Shown: positions 37,400 through 50,096 of the stretch, one piece after another
Numbering within the stretch: the first letter of the stretch is position 1
Layout of the letters: the number at the start of each line of letters is the position of its first letter
NCBI RefSeq assembly: GCF_963921235.1
Contig: NC_086118.1
Coordinates: 24,802,001-24,866,000 of the forward strand
Direction of reading: 5' to 3'
DNA length: 64,000 bases
Origin: Mobula hypostoma
Taxonomy: Eukaryota
Translations under genes and position numbers: made by a program
Notes under the pieces: generated by a model
The model's input: the letters and a program-made list of their open reading frames with translations, nothing else
What the model was told of the DNA's origin: nothing
Databases searched by the model: none

Positions 37400-39033
37400 C
37401 AGTTCCTATAAAAAGTATTCACCCCCCTTGGAAAATTCCATGTTTTATTGTTTTACAACATTGAATCACAGTGGATTTAACCTGGCTTTTTTGACACTGA
37501 TCAACAGAAAAGACTCTTTCACATTGAAGTGAAAAATAAATTTTTACAAATTGGACTAAATTTATGACAATTATTAAACACAAAATAATTCATTGCATAA
37601 TTACATACCCCCTTTAAATCAGTATTTAGTAGATGCACCTTTGGCAGCCATTACATCCGTGAGTCTGTGTGGATAGGTCTCTATCAGCTTTGCACATCTC
37701 GTCACTGCAATTTTTCCCCATTCTTCTTTACAAAACTGCTCAAGCTCTGTCAGATTGCATGGGGATCATGAGTGAATAGCTCTTTTCAAGTACAGCCACA
37801 AATTCTCAATTGAATTGAGGTCTGGACTCTGACTTGGCCACTCCAGGACATTAACTTTGTTGTTTTTAAGCCATTCCTGTGTAGCTTTGGTATATGCTTG
37901 GGGTCATTGTCTTGCTGGAAAACAAATCTTCTCCCAAGTCACAGTTCTCTTGCAGATTGCATCAGGTTTTCCTCCAGGGTTTCCCTGTATTTTGCTGCCT
38001 TCATTTTACCCTCTACCTTCACAAGCCTCCCATGGCCTGCTGCAGTGAAGCAACCCCACAGCATGATGCAGCCACCACCATGCTTCACAGTAGGGATGGT
38101 GTGTTTTTGTTGATCTGTGGTATTTGGCTTATGCCAAACATAGCGTTTAGTCTGATGGCCAAAAAGCTCAATTTTGGTTTCATCAGACCATAGAACCTTC
38201 TTCCAGCTGACTTCAGCATCTCCCACATTCCTTCTGACAAACTCTAGCTGAGATTTCATGTGAGTTTTTTTTTCAACAATGGCTTTCTGTTTGCCAATCA
38301 CCCACAGCGCTGTGACTGTTGAAGCACCCAGGCAACAGTTGTTGTATGCACAGTCCCTCCCATCTCAGTGACTGAAGCTTGTACCTCCTCCAGAGTTGTC
38401 ATAGGTCTCTTGGTGGCCTCCCTCACTAGTCCCTTTCTTGTACGGTCACTCAGTTTTTGAGGAAGGCCTGCTCTAGGCAGATTTACAGCTGTACAATATT
38501 CTGTCCATTTCTTGATAATTGGCTTAACTGTACTCCAAGGGATAGTCAGTGACTTGCAAATTTTCTTGTATCCATCTCCTGACTTGTGCTTTTCAATAAT
38601 CTTTTCGCTGAGTTGCTTGGAGTGTTCTTTTGTCTTCATGGTATAGTTTTTGCCAGGATACTGACTCACTCGCTGTTTAACATTCCAAATACGGGTGTAT
38701 TTTTACCACAATCAATAGAAACACCTTGACTGCACACAAGTGATCTCCATTTAATTACATATGTGACCTCTAAAACCAATTGGCTACACCCGCGATTATT
38801 TGGTGTGTCATATCAAAGGGGGTGAATATCTATACAATCAATTATTTTGTATTTTATATTTGTAATTAATTTAGATCACTTGGTAGAGATCTGTTTTCAC
38901 TTTGAGAATAAAGAGTCTTTTTCTGTTGATCAGCACCAAAAAGCCAGATTAACTCCACTGTGAGTCAATGTTATAAAACAATAAAATATGAGAATTTCCA
39001 AGGGGGGGGGGTGAATATTTTTTATAGGCACTG
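37400..39033 (-). mobile_element. Full-length Tc1 transposon (IR/DR type)
   Basis: TA at 37398-37399 and 39034-39035; ends CAGT...ACTG; about 215-bp imperfect TIRs with outer and inner tattcaccccc-like repeats; 1634 bp. Confidence 0.95.
37619..38639 (-). pseudogene. Tc1 DDE transposase, disrupted
   Basis: MKTKEHSKQL..., [55 protein letters not shown]; span about 340 codons with internal stops and frameshifts. Confidence 0.93.
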
Positions 39034-41153
39034 TAAAAAGATTCCTTATTATGAATTTTAGTGGAAATTAAAATAAAATGCAAAATAATAGTTGGGGATA
39101 TTAAAATATATGACTCAATTGCCATTCTGTTTTCATTTCAAATTCAGTTCTTTGAGTCTATCTTAATTGATTGACAATTCAAAAATGAGGAAGGATTCCA
39201 AATGACATATTTGCTGCAACGATTGTAAACAAATCAATTTTCAGTGGATCATGATGTATACATATTCATTCATGGATAAAAGCTAGAATAGTTTATTTTA
39301 AAAAATCAGAAATGTGAGGCATCAGCCTTTTAAGTTGCTAGCAAGAGTTTCTTACAAACTTCTTAGTTTGGGAAAGAAGCAACCCTTTTGTTCATACGAG
39401 ACAGTAAGACCTAACCATTCTCAGCTTTAAAGAAATTATGTAGGCATAATATAAAATGTAAATAAACCAATCATAATGCAAATAGAAGAATGCTGTTTCA
39501 GAAAGTTGAGCCAAATATGGATCTGTTGCCTTATAGTAACAGATCATAGCTACAATAAGGAGACATGAAAAGGCTCTATTTAGACATTCTCAAAACATTC
39601 AATTTCCAAGAAGTGTTTTGTAAAAAGTCACAATTTTTGAAAAGCCAAGTCAAAAGTTGTTAAAGCAGGCTTGTTAGGAATCAAGTACAGTTAGATTATT
39701 CAAGCCATGGACAATCTACAATTTAGTTCAATTTCCTCTCCATTTCCATGGCCTAACCTGTATTTCCTGCACTCCTGTATTTCACAGCTTTTCCATCACT
39801 TCAATTGTGTTCTCTCTCCCTAACTTCCCCCATTTCACTCTTCATATTTTCTTTCTCTGTCTCTCTCTCCCACAGCTATGAGTTCTTTTAGTACATCCTG
39901 TTTTTCTCAAGACATACAGAATTGATGCCTAGTGTTAGACACGTAGACCTCAGCCACAAATTACTACAAAACAACTGAGGAACGAGTGAGCTGCTGGATC
40001 AGTAGAAGTATCTTCTGGGATAGAAGGATCAGGGTGGACAGAAGGGAAAGCCTCTGAAGGAGCATCAGTAGACTGCCACCAGCTATTTGATCTCATCTGC
40101 AACTTTAAGCCCTGTTTCAACCATGTATGTGATTTGTACACGTTATTTCATAGAACCATCATGACAATCAGATGAAATGATTCTGAACACCATACTGGTT
40201 TGCATAACAAATCATTCTTAAATTTAACACAGGGGCTAGGCCTTTTGTATTACAATATTTAACTGAAGGAAGGATGAGAATAATAACTAGTCAGAGCTCA
40301 TTGCAAAAATCTTCTACATTATTTTGCCCCACTTCAGGAAGAATTGATGTGGAGCAATTTAAAGTAATGATTCACCAAATTTTCATTATAAAATGATGCA
40401 ATTTCTAATTTTTTAATAGACTTACATCACATTTACAGCATACATTCAAACCATTTGTCTTAATGTCCCAATTGTTGTGTTTCATCTCATCCACATATCA
40501 TTCCATTCCTTTCTTTCTCATGTACTTACATTTCAGGCCCATCGATCCTATCTACATCTACCCCTCAACTCTAACTCTTAAATGTCCTCTGAAATGAAAA
40601 AGCCTCAGCCTGTCTGCCCAATGACAAGAGCTCGGCACTAAATTCTGGTCACCAGACCTTACGAATCATGTGACATTTCTGGAAAGGGTTCAAAAGAGAC
40701 TCATAGGAAAAGTTTCAGAGGGAGGAATTTTAAGTACAAGGTTGGATTGTAGAAGCTGAGTTTGTTCTGGTTGCAGCAACAAACACTGAGAGACTTGTTC
40801 AGAGTAAAGAAGCTAGTAACATTACTAGGTGGTTTAAGAAATGGAGGCAAGGGTTTAAAGAGACAAATCTGCAAGGGGACGAGGTGAGGAAATGCTTTTT
40901 TGATGATCTGAAACTCACTGCCAGTATGTGCAAGCAGACTGTGTAGGCTTCCAGAAGAGAAACTGGCAGGCCTGGAAGGAAAGTACCTTACAAAACATTG
41001 GAAAGGAGCAGAGAACTGTAACAAAATGCTCTACAAAGAATTGGCATGTGCACAACAGACAAAATGGCACCCTCCAATGATGATTCTATTTTGATGAGCC
41101 AAAATTTGACCACTGGGATCTATCACACAGTATAAATACACATGTAATGGCAT

Positions 41154-41250
41154 GACACACAAAATGCTGGAGGAATTCAGCAGGTCAGGCAGCATCTAAA
41201 GGAAAGAATAAACAGTCACGTTTCGGGCCAAGATCCTCCTTTAGTTCTGT
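41154..41250 (-). mobile_element. Mini PLE-derived insertion (degenerate hammerhead + 3' segment)
   Basis: gacacacaaaatgctggagg...gtcacgtttcgggccaagatcc; 11-bp TSD tgtaatggcat (41143-41153) / tgtaatagcat (41251-41261). Confidence 0.75.
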
Positions 41251-41959
41251 TGTAATAGCATATTTTTTTGTGAGGATAGGGAAGCCAAATCACTTCCTAG
41301 GGTCATACATACGAACTGCTCATGGTTGTCATTCTGACAGTATGAGATTGCCAATCTCCTACACCTCCGAGGATTCACCTCTTCATTTACCTAATGCTGA
41401 TGAATGCCAAGGGTCTTAAACAGACATTCAAAATCATTTGGAAGTTCTGACGAAGTGGTGAGCCTTGCTGGGACAGAATAAGCGGTGGCTTAAAAGGCTG
41501 ATAAAGTATTTTTGAGTGCTTGCTATTTGCAGCAGGGTGATCACAGAACTTTACAGGTCAGGGTTCAATTTATGGGACCAGGTTGGCTCTGCGGTACGTG
41601 TGAATGATGATGAGCAAAGGTTGAACAGAAATAGATCATGTGTGACCGTCAGGTCATATGCAACGTTTCACCAACTAATAAACATTAATAAACAAAAATA
41701 AGAACTATAAGAGACAATAAATATGACTAAACAATTCAGCTCCTTGTGCTCCTCCAATCAATGAGATCATGACTGAATCTTTTACCTCAATGTTACTTGT
41801 CGGCTCTAACCCCATATCCCTTGATTCCCAAAGCATTCAGCAGCATGGAAGGAAAAAAGTGAGTTGACACAGTACATCATTCAAACATTATTCTGATTAA
41901 AGCATCCAGAAAGATTGAAAACATCAAGGTGAATGCGGAAGGCAAGCAAGTGTACAGTG

Positions 41960-42090
41960 CCGTCTACTAGCCTCGTGCTCGCTTCTACCAGAGGAGATGT
42001 CTGCGTGTGATGGTCTCTCTCCCACCCTTTCGCTCGCTGCTTCCGGAGAAGGTGTCTGCATGTGACAGTGTCACAGCGTCTCAGTGTCTG

Positions 42091-42136
<46 letters not shown>

Positions 42137-42526
42137 GGAAGGTCTCTCTGTTCGAATGAACTCGCACTACCTCGATGCTGCTGGAGCAAGGTTTGTGGAT
42201 TGGACTGTAGTTCACATTATGATGCGTTTTCTTGTTGCTCCTTTTTCTGTTGATATTTTTGGGAGACTTTGAATTGGAGCGGCCTGCAGATAATGAATAC
42301 TGAACTGAACAGAATATGGACACTTGCATTTTTGTGTTTTATATTCTGTGTCTTCTATGCTTGTTCTTTTTAGTTGCCATTTGCATGATTTTTTTGGTGC
42401 ATGGGGAGGTCATGATTTTCTTTGAACAAATTTCTTAATTTTCTTTGTTTCATGGCTATCTGTGGAGAAGACGAATCTCAGGGTTGTATACAGGTACTTT
42501 GATAATAAATGTACTCTGAAACTTTG
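41960..42526 (+). mobile_element. Non-autonomous element with Rex/Babar-like tail and internal (CT)n(CA)n microsatellite (42091-42133)
   Basis: Ends gaatctcagggttgtataca...gataataaatgtactctgaaacttt, like the 21400-21464 tail. Confidence 0.6.
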
Positions 42527-45159
42527 TATCACAAAGACTCCTCAGAGAATCTCGTTTCCCTAGTTTAATTAAGGCATAGTTTGAAGGGTACAATTTCCTG
42601 GTGCAATGAAGTTTGAAGCTCTATCTTTACCCATGATTGCAGCCAAGTCGTTCACACAAACTGGGACCAGAAATTACTCGGTTTACTGGGAAAGGAATTC
42701 CAGTGTCCACTGTGTAAATTGTCTTTAAATGATTAGAGACCAAATGGTTACATACGGAAAAAAACTACATCGATCAGGCAGGCATGGGAAGTTAGAATCT
42801 GTCTGGCATATTTTGTGGACTTTTGGATTTTACTCAATTCTATTAATTCATTTTTGTAGATGTTACACAGTACAGTGGTATAGTAAATTTTCTGGTACAT
42901 TTAATGGTACATGAAACAGAGGTGAGCCACATGACAAACGTTTTGGGATTTTGAAACAATCAGACAGCCAATTATGAGAGTTTTATTTTAACTTCAAATA
43001 TAAAAGCAGCAAGCAAATGTACCCTGCAATATGTGCAAAAACAATAATTAGAGATACAGTGAGGAATGTGCAAAAAAACACACTCATCTAGGTACAGGGC
43101 AGATACAAAATCATCTAGCTGCATCTGAATCAGTTTTCTTCTCACATAGTTCTTTTTCAGATAGTTTATGCATTTTTGCTTACAGTCTGATTTGCACATT
43201 TGACTTGACAGCATCAAGTAATAAGGACAGTGAGAATTTCTCTGTTATCTGCCATTGGGAAGTCAACACTGCCAATGCATGTCACCATCTGCTGCTTTCG
43301 TTTCATTTGGCCAGTCAATCAAAGTTGTGAGCTCCTTTCTGTTATAGCAATTTTAGTAGATGTCTACAGAAGTTGAAAAGTATTAAACATGGGACTGAAA
43401 ATTTTAACAAAACTGCAAATGTTGGAAATCTATATTTATAACAGAAGGTGTTGGGAAACACAGGAGGTCAAGGGAGCATCTGTGGAAAGAGAAATAGAAT
43501 TATCATTTAAAGGGCAAAACTCTTCAGGAAAACAAGCACAGTAGAGGATTTGAATTTCTTCCCTAATCTAGGCTTTTTAAATGTGTTTCCAGTTCCAATT
43601 GCAGCCTTACTTGCATTTTTGTAATTGGGCAATGTGGGTGGTGTTTCCTGTATGAAGAGCTACAGAAATATGAAAAAGAAGCATTGCTTTAGATTACTCT
43701 TCATTGTACTTGAAGTTGGAGAGGCATTTTTTTTGAAGATGGGGTGACAGATGTAAATTGAGAAGCAGAGATATGTCAGCCACTCTTTCTCTGCCATTGA
43801 GAGCTAACATTCTTAGTGTGGTCAGTACAAATGGAAATGGATGTAGGCATAATGATGTTGCTATGGTTGTATATCATGTGAATGTTAACTCAGTAAGCAG
43901 CCTTCTTCATGAAGACAAATTAATGTTAATCATTCTGTTGCTCAGATTAGTACCATGTGCAGTCCTTTGTAATTACAAGAACACTGCCACAGATGACACC
44001 TGTAACTTCATGTTAGCATCATCGCCATCTTCTAATCATTTCATTACCACAACCTACACCAATCTGTCACTCAAGTTCAGCTGGAATCACAGCCCAGTCA
44101 GCAAACAGGAAGAGGAAATCAAGTGATTGAAGTGATTCAGTACAAGGTAGGCCCAGATGAGATCTTGAGAAGGGTTATCATCTTCCTGGGTAGGTTTGGT
44201 CGGTGGACTGCCTATAAAAATTTAAACTAAAGTGCCATCTTTATCACAAAGACTAAGGTCCATTTTAAAAATCCACTGAGTCATTTCTGTCCCAGCAATT
44301 TTGATCTGCCTTTTTTTTTATTATTCAGCCAATTCGGTGATTAAGCTAAGCAATATATCCTGGTCTGAACCGCACCCCCCCCCCCACCCAATGTTTTTCC
44401 ATCCACTGACTTCCTTCAAAGGATTGCTTGTTACTCCAGATTTCAGCATCTGCAGACTCTCATGTCTCCAAGATGAAAAAAAATAAATTTGGGTTGATTG
44501 TAGTATGGAACCCAGGCTGTGTACTTCAAGAAGGCATATATAGCCCTTACTACCCCTACCCGGAGTGGATAACCTTGTCAACTGCAGTTTAAAGTTTCAT
44601 CTAGCAAACATGGGGCTGGAAAGGAATGACAAAGACCGGTCCATTTTCACTGTGTCTCTTTCTTACAGTTATCAGGTGGATCTAGTTTATTGACTCTTTG
44701 TCTTTCTTCTCCCATTGCTAATTGCTTTAAGGATGGTTCCTTCATTAACCAGCTGGAACCTCTGAGCTCAGAAAAAGTGAAGGTGTTGCGTCTGGAAAAA
44801 GTACTCTGCCAGAATGCAGTGGCTTTAAAGGTTCATGCTGGGCTGAGTCACCTGATCCGCTGCTTGCTGGCAGATACAAATAAAACAGCCCTTTGATGTT
44901 GCTCCAAAACTCCTGCTGGGGTTCAGCATTCAACTTGGCCAGCAAATCTTGAGCAGCACAGGCATCTATTTCATGCCTTAAAGACCACATTACCATTTTC
45001 CACCAACATTGATAACACGATTTCATAAGTGACTGACATGAAGACATTTAGGGATTATATTTGGTCTTATCCCTTTATTCAAGTAAGGAACAGGAGACTG
45101 CTTAGTAATATAACATGGTCTCTGCAGAGAAAACTCCCATCAGAGAGCTATGCTAAGGT

Positions 45160-46040
45160 ACAATAGACAACAGACAATAGTCAATAGACAATAGGTGGAG
45201 GAGTAGGCCATTCAGCCCTTCGAGCCAGCACCGCCATTCACTGTGATCATGGCTGATCATCCACAATCAGTACCCTTTTCCTGCCTTCTTCCCATATCCC
45301 TTCACTCTGCTATCTTTAAGAGCTCTATCTAACTCTTTCTTGAAAGAATCCAGAGAATTGGCCTCCACTGCCTTCTGAGGCAGAGCATTCCACAGAACCA
45401 CAACCCTCTGTGTGAAAAAGTTTTTCCTCAACTCCGTTCTAAATTGTCTACCCCTTAATCTTAAACCGTGGCCTCTGGTTCTGGACTCTCCCAACATCAG
45501 GAACATGTTTCCTGCCTCTAGCGTGTCCAATCCCTTAATAATCTTATATGTTTCAATCAAATCCCCTCTCATCCTTCTAAATTCCAGTGTATACAACCCC
45601 AGTCGCTCCAGTCTTTCAACATATGACAGTCCCACCATCCCGGGAATTAACCTCGCGAACCTACGCTGCACTCCCTCAATAGCTAGAATGTCCTTCCTCA
45701 AATTTGGAGACCAAAACTGTTCACAATACTCCAGGTGTGGTCTCACCAGGGCCCTGTACAACTGCAGAAGGACCTCTTTGCTCCTATACTCAACTCCCCT
45801 TATTATGAAGGCCAACATGCCATTAGCTTTCTTCACTGCCTGCTGTACCTGCATGCTTACTTTCAGTGACTGATGAACAAGGACACCTAGATCTTGTTGT
45901 ACTTCCCCTTTTCCTAACTTGACACCATTCAGATAGTAATCTGCCTTCCTGTTCTTGCCACCAAAGTGGATAACCTCACATTTATCCACACTAAACTGCA
46001 TCTACCATGCATCTGCCCACTCACCCAACCTGTCCAAGCC
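45160..46040 (-). mobile_element. Young 5'-truncated CR1 with uninterrupted ORF2 C-terminus
   Basis: 244-aa ORF 45267-46001 (KCEVIHFG, LVRPHLEYC, IEGVQRRF, SRTRGH, FFTQRVV..WN.LP); (caataga)n tail at 45160-45193. Confidence 0.93.
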
Positions 46041-46180
46041 ACCCTGCATTCTCATAACAACTTAATAAATTTTCCAGATCATGCAGAGGAAGGGTTAATT
46101 TAAAACCAGCTTTCAGCCCCAATTTTTGACTCTACTTAATTATTTCCCCAAAATATCTGAGTCTTATGCCCCAGAAATTA

Positions 46181-46732
46181 CTCTCAGTGTCCACCTTATT
46201 AGGTAAACCTGCTTGTTACAGAAATCATCTAATCAGCCAATCATGTGGCAGGAACTCAATGTATAAAAGTATGCTAGTATGGTCAAGAGGTTCACTTGTT
46301 GTTCAGACCAAACATCAGAATGGGGAAGAAATGTGACCTAAGTGACATTGACCACAGAATGATTGTTGGTGCCAGATGGAGTGGTTTGCTGATCTTCCGG
46401 GATCTTCACGCACAACACTCTAGAGTTTACAAAGAATGGTGTGAAAAATTCAAAGAAAACACCCAGTGAGTGGCATTTCTGCAGGCAAAAAAGTTTTTAT
46501 TAATAAGAGAAGTTAAGGGAGAATGAGCAGATTGATTCAAGCTGACGGGAAGGCAACAGTAACTCAAATAACCACACATTACAATGATGGTGTGCAGAAG
46601 AGCATCTCTGAATGCACAACACATCGGACCTTGAAGTGGATAGGCTACAGCAGCTTGAGATCACACTGGGTTCCACTTGTGTAGCCACTTCATTGGGTAC
46701 ACTCCTGTAGCTAATAAATTAGCCAATGAGAG
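46181..46732 (+). mobile_element. Internally deleted Tc1-like element
   Basis: TA flanks at 46179-46180 and 46733-46734; short TIRs ctctcagtgtccaccttattag / ctaataaattagccaatgagag; MGKKCDLSDIDHRMIVGARW transposase N-terminus remnant at 46320. Confidence 0.75.
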
Positions 46733-46744
46733 TATCTGTAACAC

Positions 46745-47240
46745 CATAGGTAGATAAGATGGTTAAGAAGGCACAAGGTACTTCACTTCATTAGCCATAG
46801 CATAGAACATGGGAGAAGGGAGGCTAAAAACCAACTTCATAAGACATTGATCAGACTTCATTAGAAATACTCTGTGTGGTTCTGAATGCCACACCATAGG
46901 AGGAAAGTGATTCCATTAGAAAAGGTGCAGAATAGATTCACCAGAAGGCACAAGAAACTGCAGATGCTAAATTCTGGAGCAACAAACAATCTGCTCTGTG
47001 AATCAAGGAGCATCTGCAGTGGTGGTGGGTGTGGGGGTGGGGGAGGTCGGTGGTGTGGAGGAATTATTAAAGGTTCAGATTAAACCCCCGCATCAGGATC
47101 ACAAAGGATGTTACCTTGTCTGAAGTGCTTCAGTGATGATGGGAGACTATATAAGGCAGGTTTGTTTCCTTTGGAATTGAGGAAGCTGAGGGCATTACTT
47201 GATTGGAGTATTCACAATTATGAGAGGTATAAATAGGGCA
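46745..47240 (+). mobile_element. Degraded CR1 fragment with an old PLE-like insert (about 46945-47098)
   Basis: ttagaaaaggtgcagaatagattcacc (LEKVQNRFT); insert aactgcagatgct...gagcatctg...catcagga. Confidence 0.55.
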
Positions 47241-47244
47241 GATA

Positions 47245-48618
47245 ATGATGGCGTTGGAGGTTTTTGCAGATCTGGGTGACTTCTTCAATTTTGTCCATAA
47301 AACAGTTTAATTTTTCTCTTCTCATGTCTTTTTTTCCCTTTCACGAGGTGACTGAGGTCCTGTGGAGTCTGTGATCTACAGATCTAGCTCAAACTACGGT
47401 TCTTCACAAGATAGTGCACTCTCGCTCTCAGAACTCGCTGAGCGGCCTGCCGTTTCGATACCTCCCGGTGTAGCCTGGAAGACATGAACCTTCAAGGTGT
47501 GACCCTGTGGGTGCCTCAATTCCTTACCTAGGTCGCCGACTGAAACACTGCAGGAGATTGAAACTTTGATACAGCAGGCAGTGTCAGGGTTGCCAATTTT
47601 CTCACTCCCAAATAAGGGACAAAAGTAGCAGTCAAATACGGGACACTTGTATTTACCCCGAGAAACACTACCATGACCATGAAGCCTTGCACGGGCACCT
47701 GTACGTGTACGTGCAGGTTTTTTTTTCTACAAATCGGTTTTGGCTTAATCTTCCCAATTCTGTTACGTGAAACTACACTGTACATACATTATTTCTACTT
47801 CCTATAGGCTGTGTATTTATCATATCATTCCTGCTTTTACTATATGTTAGTGTTATTTTAGGTTTTATGTGTTATTTGATATGATTTGGTAAGTTATTTT
47901 TTTGGGTCTGGAACACTCAAAATTTTTTCCCATATGAATTAATGGTAATTGCATCTTCACTTTACGCCATTTCTGCTTACAAACGGTTGCACAGGAATGC
48001 TCTACCTTAGCGAGGAAAATACGGGACAAGGGCGGTCCCGTATGGGACAAACCAATTTAGCCCAATATACGGGCTGTCCCGGCTAATACGGGACAGTTGG
48101 CAACCCTAGGCAGTGTATGCTGCTGTGAAAAGAAGGCCCCTGAACTTATCAATACCTCTCCCTCTCCATCTCTCGTCTGCTGGTCCTCAAGTCAGGAGAC
48201 TCGGACAAGCGATGCGGCAGATTATAACATCGAAACAGCGAGTTGTTGGTCTCCCTTCTTGCTGTTGCAGGAGCACTATCTCTCTCTACCTTGCTACGGA
48301 GAGAGAGAGCCTGTCTGAGATGTTGAAATGTTGGGATGCATAGTAGATTTTGATGGACTCTACTTCATGGTCTCTGGGGGCTTTGCTATTGCTTGCATGG
48401 GGGAGGCAGTGAGGGTTGACTCTTTTGCTGGAGCAAGTGAGGGGAGGGTTGATATTTTTGCTGCTGCTGTTTGTGCGTGGGAGGCGGGGGGTGCTTTGGG
48501 GTTCTAACATTTTCTGTCATTCATTCTTGGGTTTTGTTCTGTTTCATGAATGTCTGTAAAGAGTGTGAATTTCAGGTTGTATACTGTATTCATTCTCTGA
48601 TATTAAATAGAAACATTG
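47245..48618 (+). mobile_element. Non-autonomous retroelement (gatggcg head, Rex-like tail) interrupted by a hAT
   Basis: Ends gaatttcaggttgtatactgtattcattctctgatattaaa. Confidence 0.5.
47585..48108. mobile_element. Non-autonomous hAT element (Tip100/Blackjack-like)
   Basis: TIRs cagggttgccaa / ttggcaacccta; perfect 8-bp TSD ggcagtgt (47577-47584, 48109-48116); subterminal tacgggac repeats. Confidence 0.88.
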
Positions 48619-48954
48619 ATACTAAGAGGGTTTTCTCCATCAAAGAATCATGTAAAACAAAAGGACATAATTTTACCATGACGGATAAGTGGTTTAGAGG
48701 GGATGTGACAAAGATTTTATTCACCCAGAGGATGGTTGTGATCTGGAATACACTGTTAGTGAGGATGGTGAAGACAGGAACATTGGCAACATTAAGGAAA
48801 CATTAGAATGAATGCTCAAATCACAGAACCATGGAAAGTGAGTATAAATGGGTACTTCAACACAAGGAATTCTGCAGATGCTGGAAATTCAAGCAACACA
48901 CATCAAAGTTGCTGGTGAACGCAGCAGGCCAGGCAGCATCTATAGGAAGAGGTA

Positions 48955-48992
48955 CAGTCGACGTTTCGGGCTGAGACCCTTCGTCAGGACTA
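48955..48992 (-). ncRNA. Minimal type I hammerhead ribozyme (PLE)
   Basis: Minus strand: tagtc CTGACGA a GGGT-ctca-GCCC GAAACGTC gactg; all core nucleotides present. Confidence 0.8.
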
Positions 48993-50058
48993 ACTGAAAG
49001 AAGAGCTAGTAAGAGATTTGAAAGTGGGAGGGGGAGGGGGAGATCCGAAATGATAGGAGAAGACAGGAGGGGGAGGGATAGAGCCAAGAGCTGGACAGGT
49101 GATTGGCAAAAGGGATATGAGAGGATCATGGGACAGGAGATCCGGGGAGAAAGACAAGGGGGTGGGGGGGAATAACCCAGAGGATGGGCAAGTGGTATAG
49201 TGAGAGGGACAGAGGGAGAAAAAGGAGAGTGAGAGAAAGAATGTATGTATAAATAAATAATGGATAGGGTACGAGGGGGAGGTGGGGCATTAGCAGAAGT
49301 TTGAGAAGTCAATGTTCATGCCATCAGGTTAGAGGCTACCCAGACGGAATATAAGGTGTTGTTCCTCCAACCTGAGTGTGGCTTCATCTTTACAGTAGAG
49401 GAGGCTGTGGATAGACATATTAGAATGGGAATGGGACGTGGAATTGAAATGTGTGGCCACTGGGAGATCCTGCTTTCTCTGGCGGACAGAGCATAGGTGT
49501 TCAGCAAAATGATCTCCCAGTCTGCGTCGGGTCTCGCTAATATATAGAAGGCCACATCAGGAGCAACAGACGCAGTATATCACCCCAGCCAACTCACAGG
49601 TGAAGTGTCGACTTACCTGGAAGGACTGTCTGGGACCCTGAATGATGGTAAGGGAGGCAGTGTAAAGGCATGTGTAGCACTTGTTCCGCTTACAAGGATA
49701 AGTGCCAGGAGGGAGATTGGTGGGGAGGGATGGGGGGGGATGAATGGACAAGGGAGTCGCGTAGTGAGCAATCCCTGTGGAAAGCGGGGGGGGGGGGTGA
49801 GGGAAAGATGTGCTTAGTAGTGGGATCCCGTTGGAGGTGGCGGAAGTTACGGAGAATAATATGTTGGACCATTGCCCATCTTCTGGGTTCCCCCCCTCCT
49901 TTTCTTTTTCCCTGGGCCTCCTGTCCGTGATCCTCTCATATCCCTTTTGCCAATCACCAGCTCTTGGCTCCATCCCTCCCTCTCCTGTCTTCTCCTATCA
50001 TTTTGGATCTCCCCCTCCCCCTCCAACTTTCAAATCTCTTACTAGCTCTTCTTACAGT

Positions 50059-50096
50059 TAGTCCTGACGAAGGGTCTCAGCCCGAAACGTCGACTG
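50059..50096 (+). ncRNA. Minimal type I hammerhead ribozyme (PLE)
   Basis: tagtc CTGACGA a GGGT-ctca-GCCC GAAACGTC gactg; identical to the 48955-48992 copy. Confidence 0.8.

Noticed and set aside
39780..39880. Long plus-strand polypyrimidine tract ending in cccacag, possible antisense exon acceptor
   Set aside because: No convincing downstream donor or coding signal; consistent with low-complexity sequence.
45412..45873. Antisense ORFs over LINEs (also 27945-28370, 55403-55996, 63582-63986)
   Set aside because: Shadow frames opposite retrotransposon coding sequence.
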